DNA of 52,221 nt from an uncultured Candidatus Peribacteria bacterium (lineage in GTDB: Bacteria > Patescibacteriota > Gracilibacteria > BD1-5 > UBA6164): assembly GCA_964344895.1 (NCBI GenBank), contig CAYFPB010000001.1, positions 16,069 through 68,289 of the forward strand, given 5' to 3'. How positions within the stretch are numbered: position 1 is the first letter of the stretch; each line of letters starts with the position of its first letter. The notes beneath the pieces are model-generated. The model saw only the letters and a program-made list of their open reading frames with translations. It made no database searches and had not been told where the DNA came from. This document shows positions 1 to 11,195 of the stretch, piece after piece. Position numbers and translations under genes: made by a program.

Positions 1-1272
1 ATTTCAAGCAAGATCTTTAATAGTTATGTTTCAAGAAGTATTATCAGAGAAAGTTTTAGAGTAAGTTTTATTTGTAGTATTTTTAGTCCATCAGTCTATA
101 TTATACATATCACAACCTGAAGTTGTATCTGAACAAGTTATAGTAACAGTTACATCAGAGTTAGTCCATTCAGTGGTAGAATAAGTTACAGTTCAAGTAG
201 GATTGGTTTTATCAATATTATTAACTGAATAACTTACATCTTTTGTATTTCAAACATTATCTTTTATAGTAATTGTTCAGCTAGTATTACTAGAAAAAGT
301 TTTAGAGTAAGTTTTATTTGTTGAATTTTTACTCCATCATGATATAGAGTACATATCACATCAAGAATTATCATCAGAGCAAGTAATAGTTAATGTAACA
401 TTACTATTAGTCCAATTAATATCTTTTATACATCTAACAGATAATTTATAAGTTTTTAACCGTTTATCTCTATAAATATTATAGTTATTCCGGTAAACCC
501 GTCTTACATATGCTTTAGTTGAAGAATAAGTGGTACTACTCCATAATCAAGCTCCCCATCAACGATAATGATTAGTTCTACCTGATAAAGGAAGATTTAA
601 GGCTTTTATTAGATTATTTGTCTTAGTCTTTGATGTATGATTTTTCCATCCTACTCAGCTACATTGCCAGCTATTAGATGTTCTACAGTTTCCTCAATAT
701 AAATATTCTTCAAGTACTTCAAATTCACTACTACTTGGAACATGCCGATCAGAAGGGCAGGCATGGTTAATAGCTCATTGATAAGAATACATTTTTCACC
801 AAATATTGTCTTGTCAGTTACTAGAGTTATAACTAGATTCTTTTGTTTTATATCAATGACAACTAGTTCATCAAAGATTTGTTCATGAGTAGTTATAACA
901 TTTGTTTCAGCTATATTCATATATTCAATTAGAATCATTAGTTGTTCAAACTGTAGAATTACATCATGCCCAAGTTTGATCTCATACTATAGCATCTGAC
1001 TTATCACAGTTTGAATCTACAGCATTCCATTCATTAGATACTGTTGCAGTAGGAGCTACTGAATCTTCTCTTAAACAGTAAAAGGTTCATGAATTAGATG
1101 CTGAAGTAGTTGTATTTACTGTATCAGTAGTAGTAGATGCAATTTCTCAATCTGCACAGTTTGTTTTTCATGAATTCTGATTATAGGTTTGAGTAGAGTT
1201 TAATTCATATGTTGCAGAGCAAATATCAAAAAAACTAGTTAGAAAAATGATAAGAAGAATAATCCTTTTCAT
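1..1272 (-). CDS. Secreted surface protein with a FISUMP-type (Fibrobacter succinogenes major paralogous) domain followed by Ig-like repeats; C-terminus runs off the window
   Basis: Table-25 translation starts at the ATG (revcomp) at 1272-1270. It gives a signal-peptide-like MKRIILLIIFLTSFFDICSA. This is followed by GKMYSYQGAINHACPSDRHVPSSSEFEVLEEYL ... GAGLWSSTT ... YKLSVRCIKD, which fits the FISUMP pattern. Then come repeats INWTNSNVTLTITCSDDNSGCDMY and TEWTNSDVTVTITCSDTTSGCDMY. Frame hand-checked free of TAA/TAG down to position 1, with many in-frame TGA. Confidence 0.75.
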
Positions 1273-1404
1273 ATACAAAATATTAGTAAATTATTAATTA
1301 TAGAGTCATAATATCATATTTATTAAAAAAATACAAAAATTTGTATTGCAATAAAACAAATTATGGTTATATTTAATTAAATTATTAGTTAATTATTATT
1401 TTGT

Positions 1405-1947
1405 ATGGAAAAATTTTTAAAAGAAATTATTGAAGATAATGTTTTTGAGATATTAATTGATAAAGATATTTTTTCAAAAGATATTGTATTAAAAGCTTCA
1501 TATAATTTTTTAGATAGATGATACTTTTTTTTTAGATTAGATAAAGATTATAATATTATATTACAATTTACAAAAAAAGATGATTCTAATGAGAATCCGA
1601 AAAATATATTAGATGATTTTTCTGATGAAATGTTATCTGTATTACTAAGAGATAATTTGGAAAAAGAAAATAAAAATATAAGAGAAGCAATAGTTTGAGC
1701 AGCAATTTGAAATTGTTTGGACTCAAATAATTTTGTAGAGATAAATACAGATAAGCAAGAAAGTAATCAAATAGATTTTGATAAAGATATTGATGATATT
1801 TTGAAAGATATTGAGAATGATCCAGATTTAAAGATAGACGAAGAAGAAATAGAGAATATATTAAAAGAAATAGAAGAAGAAAGTAAAGTGGATATAAAAA
1901 TAGATCCTGAAGGATTAAAAAAAGCAAAAGAGAGTTTTAATAAGTAA
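1405..1947 (+). CDS. hxsD: HxsD-like protein (His-Xaa-Ser system accessory family) with an added acidic C-terminal tail
   Basis: 180-aa table-25 ORF, frame hand-checked. The N-terminal ~100 aa (FEILIDKDIFSKDIVLKASYNFLDRGYFFF ... DFSDEMLSVLLRDNLEKENKNIREAIV) fit what I recall of the TIGRFAMs HxsD model, which is named after an LLNDYxLRE motif. The tail reads DFDKDIDDILKDIENDPDLKIDEEEIENILKEIEEE. The gene lies two genes upstream of HxsB- and HxsA-like genes. Confidence 0.55.
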
Positions 1948-1950
1948 TAA

Positions 1951-2157
1951 ATGTTTATGAAAAATGTAATAGAATTAAATAATAAATTTTATACAGAGAA
2001 TTTGATAAATCATTGAATAGAAGATTTTAAAGAATATGCTGATATTAGTTATTATAACTGATTATTATCTATAGAGTGAGAGACTGAAACAGAGATAAAA
2101 GAAATATTTAATGAGTTTATGAATTATATAATATGACTTTATAATGAAACAATATAA
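1951..2157 (+). CDS. Small acidic protein (68 aa), paralog of 40513-40695; possibly a truncated HxsD-like module
   Basis: Sequence is MFMKNVIELNNKFYTENLINHGIEDFKEYADISYYNGLLSIEGETETEIKEIFNEFMNYIIGLYNETI, read codon by codon. It has the same position (immediately 5' of an HxsB-like gene) and the same layout as the 60-aa ORF at 40513. Confidence 0.5.
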
Positions 2158-2160
2158 TCT

Positions 2161-3639
2161 ATGATAGATACAAAAAATTTAGAGATAAATAAAAATACTG
2201 GTTTTTTTAGATTTAAAAAATTTGAAGATGATTATCTTATTACAAATGATATATGAAAATATAGTTTTTTAAATAAAGATGAATTTTGAGATTTTATTTC
2301 ATGAAAAATAGTTAGTTGAGAAAAATATAATGAATTATTAGAAAAAAGATTTATAAAAGATGAAAAATATGAAGAAAATATGGCAATCGGTTTTTCTAAG
2401 AAAAATAAATTCTTAGCTTATTGACCATCTTTACATATAATTGTAACCACTTTAAGATGTAATCATAAATGCAGGTATTGTCATGCTGCTGTAGCTCCAA
2501 TGACTGCAAGTGAAATGGATATGACAGAGCAAACTGCAAAAAAAGTTGTTGATGCTATATTTTTTACTTCTAGCCCAGATTTAACAATAGAATTTCAATG
2601 ATGAGAATCATTGGTTAATTGGGATATTGTAAAGTTTGTTATTGAATATTCTAAACAAAGGGCTTTTCATTTAAAGAAAAACTTACAATTAGCACTTGTA
2701 ACAAATTTAAGTTTAATGGATGATGAAAAGTTAACTTATTTATTAGATAATAAAGTCTGAATATCAACTAGTCTAGATTGAGATGAAGAAACTCATAATT
2801 TTAATAGAACATATAAAGAAGGAAATAGTTATAAAAAAGTAACTTATTGGATAAAAAGAATAAACTCTGAATATGAAAAAAGGTGAATAAAACAAAAAGT
2901 TTGAGCACTATTAACTGTTACAAAAAAAACTTTAACTAAGTATAAAGAAGTAATAGATACATATGTAGATTTATGATTAGATGGAATCTTTCTTAGACCT
3001 TTAAATCCATATGGTTTTGCTTTAGCAGAGCTAAAAGAGTTATGATATACTACAGAAGAATTTATAGAGTTTTATAATAAGTCAATGGACTATATAATAG
3101 AATTAAATAAAAAGTGAGTTAATTTTAAAGAAGCTCTTAGTTCAATTTATTTAACTAAAATGCTTACAGATTGAGATCCTAATTATTTAGATGAAAGAAG
3201 TCCTTGTTGAGCATGTATATGACAAGTTGCTTATAATTATGATTGAAGAATATATAGTTGTGATGAGGGAAGAATGTTTTCTAGAATGTGAGATGAAAAT
3301 TTCTTAATGACAGATATAAAAGAAACTTGAGAGGAAACATATAAAAGTATGATTGAATCAGAAACAACAAAAATAATGGTTCAAGCTTCAACTTTAGATT
3401 GATTACCTGGCTATAATGAAAGTGTTTATAAACCATATATTGGTGTATGTCCAATTCATAGTTATAAAACAAGTTGAAATATTATACCAAACTATTCAAA
3501 AGACCATAAAAAAATATTAGATTATGCTGTTTTAGATTATTTATTCTGAAAACTTAGGGATGAAAAAAATGAAAGAATATTTAAAAAGTGGTTATGAATG
3601 GAAACAAATACTGTTACAAGTCAATGTGAAACAATGTAG
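2161..3639 (+). CDS. hxsB: Radical SAM/SPASM-type maturase, HxsB-like
   Basis: 492-aa ORF, frame hand-checked. It has an FRFKKFEDDYLITNDIG N-terminus, a CX3CX2C motif (CNHKCRYCHA) and FQGGESLVNW. The C-terminal part is Cys-rich: SPCGACIGQVAYNYDGRIYSCDEGR ... YIGVCPIH. It is a full-length paralog of 40707-42212 and lies directly upstream of the HGS-repeat gene. Confidence 0.7.
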
Positions 3640-3664
3640 TTTTAATTTTTAATTTATATTTTTT

Positions 3665-4030
3665 ATGAGTACAAACAAAAAGAAAATTTTTCCAAAAATA
3701 AAAAAGAAATTAAGGTGATTTATAACTGAGGAGTCTTGAAAAATAAGTAAAAAAGATGCTTTATGATTAGCTGCTTGTTCTGCATTATTAAGTTGAATAT
3801 GAGAGGTTTGAGCAGGTCATTCTAGTTCTTATTCACCATCTTTTCCAGATACTGATGGTTCTGTTATTAAAGAATATAGTTCTGCATCTTGTAGTCATGC
3901 TAGTTGAGTTGTAAATGGTCACTATAGTTCAACTCCAACTGCTTCTGTTACAACAATAGATCATACACATGGTTCACATGGTTCACATGGCTCGCATGGT
4001 TCACATGGCTCTCATGGAAGTAGATGGTAA
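3665..4030 (+). CDS. hxsA: His-Xaa-Ser repeat protein (HxsA-like), candidate rSAM substrate/precursor
   Basis: 121 aa, read codon by codon. N-terminus is MSTNKKKIFPKIKKKLRGFITEESGKISKKDALGLAACSALLSGIGEVGAG, basic followed by a hydrophobic segment. The C-terminus is ...TTIDHT-HGSHGSHGSHGSHGSHGS-RW*. It is flanked by rSAM genes on both sides. Confidence 0.75.
3968..4021 (+). repeat. In-frame 9-nt tandem repeat (cat-ggN-tcN/agt) x6 encoding (His-Gly-Ser)6
   Basis: The sequence is catggttca catggttca catggctcg catggttca catggctct catggaagt. Synonymous third-position variation is visible. Confidence 0.95.
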
Positions 4031-4039
4031 TTAAAAAAT

Positions 4040-4978
4040 ATGCAAGATAAGGATTTTAAAGACATTAAATGATTGGAAATATCACTTTTATATCAATGTA
4101 ATGTTAAGTGTGAGTTTTGTCATTTATGAAATTTAAAATCTGAACATAGACAGAGTTTAACGAAAATTCAAGTTATTGACTTTTTAGAAAACTGATATAA
4201 AACATGAAAAAGATCTGTTGTATTTACATGATGAGAACCTACTCTTGATAATAATTTAGCTTTTTATATAGATTATTCAAAAAAGCTTTGATATAAATAT
4301 ATAAGAGTGCATTCAAATGGTTATTGATTTAGAGATTTTTCATATTTAGAAGATTTATATGATAAATGACTTACAGGTGTAACAATTTCTATACATGGAT
4401 ATTGACTAATACATGATTCAATTACAAAAGTAAAATGAAGTTTTGATCATATTTTTAGGAGTCTAGTAAATTTTGAAAAAATAATTTTAAAAGATAAAAG
4501 TTTTTCTGTTGATACAAATTCAATTATTTGCAGAAAAAATTATAAATACTTAAAACAATTATTAATATTTTTATTGAAATTTTCTATAAAAAGAAGGATG
4601 TTTACATATACATTTGATACTGTTTTATATCATGAATATGATAAATTAAAAAATATTATAGTATCTTATGAAGAGTTAAAGCAACCATTAGATGAATTAC
4701 TAGAATATTGTTATACTAAAAATGTTAAAGATTTTGTTTTAGATTCTGTTCCTTTTTGCCTTATAAATAAAAAGTATTGGAATTATATAGAAGAAAACTA
4801 TCTACCAGAAAAATTTTTTTATTTGTTAGATTATTATGAATGATATGAAAATACATATAATGATTGAAAAATAAAATATTTTGAATGTAAGAAATGTAGT
4901 AAAAATAATGTTTGTACTTGATTTTCAGAGGATAATAATTTACTTTATTGAAAAACTAAATTTAATATATTAATATAA
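4040..4978 (+). CDS. Radical SAM protein, candidate HxsC-type second maturase
   Basis: 312 aa, frame hand-checked. Motifs are CNVKCEFC, FTGGEPTL (tga tga gaa cct at 4229-4240) and a C-terminal ECKKCSKNNVC. Its position immediately 3' of the HxsA-like gene matches the paired-rSAM layout of Hxs systems. The HxsC assignment itself is not verified. Confidence 0.6.
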
Positions 4979-4984
4979 AAAAAT

Positions 4985-5800
4985 ATGAAAACTATAATTA
5001 TTACACTATTTTCTTTATTTTTGTTAGTTTCATGTTGAATATGAAATGATATAGAACAAACAATTGAGAATCAAAATAATTCTTCTAAAATAAAAACTCC
5101 AGTTGAGGATACTAAAAATGAAAATATAAATAAAAAAACTATAGAAAGTAAAGAAGTAATATTAAAAAAGATATCAGATAAAGATTTAAAGATAATTAAG
5201 CAAAAAGAAGAAAATATGAAAAAATATGGAAATACTGATGGAATTATTGAGCCTGAAAATAGTTTAACAGAAGAGAATAAGTTGGAATTAAAAAGGTTAT
5301 GAAATTGATTAGTTGATTTAGTTAATACTTATAAAGAAAAATGAGATACAGCTTTTAAATGACTAGCTTGACCAAGGTCATATATGTATTCTTTTTTAGT
5401 ATTTTGTAATAATTTAATTGAAGTAGATGATACTAATAAAGATTTATTTTTAAGCTTTTTATGATATGATACTAGAAAGTTATATGATTATGTAGTATCT
5501 AATAATATTACTACTCCTAAGGATATTGCTAAGGTAAAAGATTTAATAAATGAAAATGATCTAGATTTAGAAGAATTTTACTTAGTTTTGTATATTAATT
5601 GAAATATTTCAAAAAAGGAATTATTTCAATTATATGATTCATATATTTTGTGATTAGATCCTAAAGAAAAGCACTTCAATTTTAATCGGTTATATATGTG
5701 AGCTATTGAATCAAAAATTAATTGAAAACTTAATAAAAATATGTGTTATGATTTTGTATTAAATAGTAATGTTGATTTAGATAAAGTAATAAATAAATAA
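4985..5800 (+). CDS. Putative lipoprotein, no recognised domain
   Basis: 271 aa. The N-terminus MKTIIITLFSLFLLVSCG has a lipobox-like L-V-S-C. The rest is Lys/Glu/Asn-rich. Confidence 0.55.
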
Positions 5801-5803
5801 TAT

Positions 5804-6721
5804 ATGAAAATATTTTCTTCAAAAACAAATTACATAGAATTTTTTGTGAAAATTGGAAAAAAATGTCCTACTAGTTGTTCTAATTGTAGTTATGCTAACT
5901 CATCATTAGATTATTTTGATATAGAAAATATATTTAAAAGAGTAGATTATTGACAAAATCTTTTCCTAGGAAAAGATTTTGTCTATTTTTTATATTGAGT
6001 AGATTTCTTATCTCATCCTAAAATGTATGAAATCCTTGATTATATAAAAAATACATGAAGAAAATTTAAAATACAAATTTGATTATTAGACTTGGAAAAA
6101 AAAAGGGAAGTATTACTAGATTTATATAAAAGATATTGATTTTTTGAAGTAACTATAGCTAATGAAGTTAATGATAAAGATGATATAAAAAATATATTAA
6201 CAGCTCTATCTAGTTTTTCAAAAATAAATAATTTTAGGTTTAATTTTGACTTAATAATTGATGTAGCTAAAAACAAAGTTTTTATAAATAAATTAAAATC
6301 ATTATTTTGATCTTATAGAGTTGATAAAGTACATAAAAATTTAACTTTTGATGATGTCTGAAATATAAACCTTTGAATAACTGATAAGTTTTATTTAGAT
6401 TCAAGTAAAAAGAAAGTAAAAAATGTAGTTTATAGTCACTGTATAATGAATGATTTATTTGATATTGAAGATGATATAATATATTTTAATGATCATATAG
6501 AACTGGATTTTGATTGAAATATAATGCTACATACACCACTTTGTTTTTTAGCTTACATAAAAATAGCTCATATGGAAGATACACAACAAGTGATATTAAA
6601 AAAATTTAAAAAATTTAAGAAAGATATTTCTTGTATAGATTGAAATATGGAGGAAAAATGCTTTAAGTGTATTATTAATAATTATCCAAAATATAATGAA
6701 AGAAACAGTAAGAAAATTTAA
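5804..6721 (+). CDS. Radical SAM-like protein
   Basis: 305 aa. Has CPTSCSNC near the N-terminus and a C-terminal EEKCFKC. The 3' end overlaps the next gene by 26 nt. Confidence 0.55.
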
Positions 6722-7631
6722 TGATGTAGCCATAGTAGGGACTTATGAGTGTAATACTGATTGTGAGTACTGTTTTTCTACTAGGTATATAAAGCCTTAT
6801 AAAAACATATCTTTAACAAGGGACAAGTTTTATAATATTTTAGATAAGTTAATACTAAATTGAGTTACTTCAGTATCTTTTATATGATGAGAACCAGCAC
6901 TTTGGAAAGAAATAAATTTAGCTATATCCTATGCAAAGTCTAAATGATTAAGAACAACAGTTTTTTCCAATTGAATGATAGAGATAAAGAAAAAACCTGA
7001 TGTCTTTTATATTCATTTAAATGTATTATTTTTAACTCAAAATAAACAAATTTTAAAAAATTTATATGAATATTCAAAGAATTCAAAAATAGTTTTTATT
7101 TATAATGTATACAAACCAAATAAATTTTCTCTAAATTTATTATTAAAAGTGCTAGAAAGTTTTAGATTTGATTTTGCTGTTTCTTTTAATATTGTTTTTT
7201 GAGATAATATAGATGAATCATCTGGTGATTTTATATATAATTGATATAAGTATATTACCTGAAAAATGTGAAAAAATGTTATATCATCTTGACCATTACC
7301 TCATTGTATTTTTAATGATAAAGTATTTGATTATTTGAAAAATACTTGTATTATAGATGAAGTCAAATGATCAGCTAATTTTGAAAATACAGATGTTTTT
7401 TTTCCTGTAATTAATCCAGATTGAGATACATTAATGTCATGTGCACCAATTAATATAAAAATTAGTTCATCTTATATTTTTGAGAATGATTATAAATGAT
7501 ATACAGATAAATTTACAGAAATATTCTGAGAGATTTTATTAAAAGAAAATGATTTTTGTAAAGGCTGTACAAAGTTTAATAAACAATGCCAATATGGAGG
7601 TATTTTAAATCTGTATTCTTATGAGGAGTAA
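6696..7631 (+). CDS. Radical SAM protein
   Basis: 311 aa. Motifs are VGTYECNTDCEYCFS, FIGGEPALW and a C-terminal CKGCTKFNKQC. The track ORF 6975-7202 is an internal fragment in the same frame. Confidence 0.7.
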
Positions 7632-7645
7632 TAAATAGTATTATT

Positions 7646-8545
7646 ATGCACAACCTATTATTTGAAATTATTATGAGTAAAGATTGCAATAAGAGATGTC
7701 CTTATTGTAAACTTGATTTTTCTAAGAAAAATATAGATAATAAAAATTTAGATTTATTAATTAATCTATTAATTAATTCAAAAGAAAAAATAAATAGTTG
7801 TATTATAAATTTTTTTTGATGAGAACCTCTGTTAAATATAGTTTGAATAAAGTATTTTGTTGAAAAAACTAAACACTTAGGTTTTATTAAATATTCTATT
7901 TGAACTAATTGAATATTGTTAACTCAAGAAAAAATAAACTATTTTTTAGAAAATAATTTTAAAATATATTTATCTTTTGATTCTTCAAATACTGACTTTC
8001 TTGTAAATAAAGATTTTTTAAAAAAAGCAATTTGAAATATAGATGTTAACTATATAATTAATCCTAATACTATAGAAAAATCATATAATGATTTTGAAAA
8101 AATAGTAAAGTTTTGATATACAAATATAAATATAATGCCAGTATATTTTACAATAAAATGGGATAAAAACTCATTTATTAGTTTAAAAAGACTGTTAAGA
8201 GATAAAATAAATAAGTATTTATTAAATGATATTTTTAATATAAAATTTTATAGTTATTATAATTGAGTAAGTACAGATATACAATATATTTTAGAAACAG
8301 ATTGAACTCTATATTCTGACTTAGATAGTTTACTTTGGATTCAAAAACAATGATCTATTATATCAAAAGAATTAAGTCAACAAATAGAATATAAGACAAA
8401 AATTTGAAATATTTCTGATGTATCATTAAATAATATTATTAATGCTTATAATATTAAAGATATTATAAAATTGGTTCATGATATACCCAAAGAGCAGAAG
8501 TTTTTAAATGAATATACATTACTTAATAAAATATTAAATGGATAG
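7646..8545 (+). CDS. Radical SAM protein (paralog of 31473-32387)
   Basis: 299 aa. Motifs are CNKRCPYC, FFGGEPLLN and IMPVYFTIKW. The last matches LLPVYFTKTW in the 31473 gene. Confidence 0.7.
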
Positions 8546-9866
8546 TAAAAAGTTACTTAAATGGAAATATGCTACTTATATGAGGTTATATATGATGAAC
8601 TCATATTATTTTGCTTTAGAACCTTTTTTAAAGAAAAATGTTGAAGTTAATAAATGACTATTTAAAGATGTATTAATGATGAAAAATAAGGGCTTATATA
8701 TTCATATACCATTTTGTGTTACTGAGTGCTCTTATTGTGCTTGTACTAAAATGTCTCTAAAAGATAAGGCAGAATTAAGTAAGTATATAATATATATTAT
8801 AAGAGAGTTAGAGTTTTTTTATAAGTTAAATTGATCAAAGCTTTTAATATTTAATACTTTAACTTTTGGATGAGGTACTCCATCAATTTTCTCAGATAAA
8901 GATATTGAGAATATATTTGAATGAATTTATAAATATATTTCTAAAACTCATTTAACTCAAGTAAGTTTTGAATGTGCTCCTTATACAATTACAAAGTCAA
9001 AAATAGATACTTTAAAAAAAGTTTGAGTTGATAGAATATCTTTTTGAATACAATCTTTAGATAAATTAGTATTAGAAGCTAATAATAGACCTTATACATC
9101 AAAAGAAAAAATTTGAGAATTAATTGAGTATATTCATTCTAGAGGTATATTTATAGAATGAGATTTAATTGTTTGAATTAAATCTCAAACTATAAAAACA
9201 TTAGTATCAGATATAAAGTTTTTATTATCAAAGTGAGTAGATGATATTACATTTAATTACTTTTCTCCTCATATATTTTCAAAATATAGTGATACAAAAC
9301 AAACAATTGAGTTAAAAGAAAGATTTAAACTTATTGATAAAAAATTAGTTGAAAATTGACAAGTAATTTGATCATATCAAGTTCAAGAAAGATTTATACG
9401 GTCATCAAGAAGATACTCAATTATTGGATTAGGATATTGAGCAACTTCAAATCTTTGAAATTCTTTTGTTTATATTAAAGATTCTTTACAAGAGTATTAT
9501 GATTTAATTGATAAATGAAAATATCCTATTTCGTCTTGAATTTATTTAAACGAAAAATTTGAATATGTAAGATATATATATTTTGAACTAATTAAGTGAG
9601 AATTAGATATTGAAAAAGCTAAAGGTATTTTTGGATATTGTTTATTAGATTTTTTTGATAAAGAGTTTTCATTTTTAATAGAGGAGTGAATAATTGAAAC
9701 TGATTGAAAAATAGTAAAACTTATTGTTGATATTGATAAAGCTTTTGTCTATATGTCAGTTTTTATAGATGATATTATTGAGGAAAGTAATTTGAAAGTT
9801 CCAAAAAAATTACCAAAAAATATGGATATTATTTTGAGACAAATGATATATGATTATATTATATAA
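8538..9866 (+). CDS. HemN/HemW-like (class C type) radical SAM protein, copy 1
   Basis: 442 aa. Motifs are LYIHIPFCVTECSYCAC, FGGGTPS and GVDRISFGIQS. The start overlaps the previous stop (8538 vs 8545). Confidence 0.75.
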
Positions 9867-9875
9867 AAATAGAAT

Positions 9876-11195
9876 ATGAATGAAAAAAAATTAAATTTTT
9901 GGAAATATATGACATATAAAATGTTATCTATTAATTCTTCTTTTGTCTTTCCATTAGAGTTTTTTTTCAAGCATAATATTAAATTAGACAAGCAAAAAGT
10001 ATCAAAATATTTAGATATAAAAAATAAATGATTATATATTCATATCCCATTTTGTATAAAAATATGTGATTATTGTGGATGTTATAAACAAAAATTAACA
10101 AAAGATGATGATTTAAATAAGTATGTGGAATATTTAGTAAGAGAATTAGAATTATATTATGAATTAAATAATAATAAAAAGTTGGTATTTACTACAATTA
10201 TGTTTTGATGATGAACTGCATCAATACTTTCAGCTGAACAATTAGATTATTTATTTTCTTGAATATTTAAATATATTGATAAAAGTTATTTAAAGCAGCT
10301 TAGTTTTGAAGCATCAATTTTTACACTTAGTAATGATAAAATAAATGTACTAAAAAGCTATTGAGTTGATAGAATTTCAATTTGAATTCAGAGTTTTGAT
10401 AAAAATGTATTAGAAAAAAATAATAGAATTTATATAGAGTATAGAAAAATAAAACAAATAATTGATTATATAAAATTATCTTGAATATTAGTTCAAATTG
10501 ATTTAATGGTTTGAATAAAATGACAGGATGAAGTAAGTTGCATAAAAGATTTTAAAAAAATGCTTGATTTGTGAGTAGATAGTTATACAATGAATTATTA
10601 TATTCCACATAGTTTTGCTAATTTTTCAGATACTAAAAGATCAATTGATTTAAAGGAAACAATAAAGAAGCTTGATAAAAAATATAACTTTAAAACAAAA
10701 AATAATAATTCATATTTATTACAAGAGGAACTGGTATTTAATGATTTTAATTACTTTGTAATATGATTAGGAGTTTGAGCTACAACAAATATTGCTAATA
10801 GATTTATTTATAGGAAAACAGACTTTAATAATTATTATAATCACATTAAAAATAAATTGTTAATTGTTGATGAAGCAATAGAGATGTCTAATAAATTTGC
10901 AGCAATAAAATATATATTTGAAAAATATAAGGAAACTGAATTTGATTTAAAAGACTTTAAAAAACAATTTTGAGTAAAGCTAAAAGATTATTTCCCTTAT
11001 GAAATTGATTTTTTAATTAAGGAAAATATAATTAAATTAGAAAGTGATAAAGTAGTTTTTTTAAAAAATAAATATGAATCAAGAATTTATTTAAATATCT
11101 TTTTAGAAGATTTATTTGAGACAAAAAAAGATATAGATATACCAGTTTTAGATAAACAATTCCATATAGATTTAATGTGATTAATTTATGAATAG
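9876..11195 (+). CDS. HemN/HemW-like (class C type) radical SAM protein, copy 2
   Basis: 439 aa. Motifs are LYIHIPFCIKICDYCGC, FGGGTAS and GVDRISIGIQS. It is collinear with copy 1 from the N-terminus (KLNFWKYMTYKM vs KLLKWKYATYMR). Confidence 0.75.

Noticed and set aside
651-938. 95-aa minus-strand ORF from the supplied standard-code track
   Set aside because: It is in a different frame from the table-25 ORF 1-1272. That ORF carries a signal peptide, FISUMP-like motifs and Ig-like repeats and is open over the whole region. The track ORF is just the longest TGA-free stretch in a neighbouring frame of AT-rich DNA.
3968-4021. The 9-nt and 279-bp repeats as CRISPR arrays or non-coding microsatellites
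   Set aside because: There is no repeat-spacer architecture. The 9-nt units are in frame, vary only synonymously and encode HGS. The 279-bp units are in-frame Ig-like repeats of a surface protein.
8538-11195. HemN-like pair as evidence for heme biosynthesis
   Set aside because: No other tetrapyrrole gene is visible, and both copies are translationally coupled into an rSAM maturase block. A HemW-like or class C methyltransferase-like role is more plausible, but this remains unproven.
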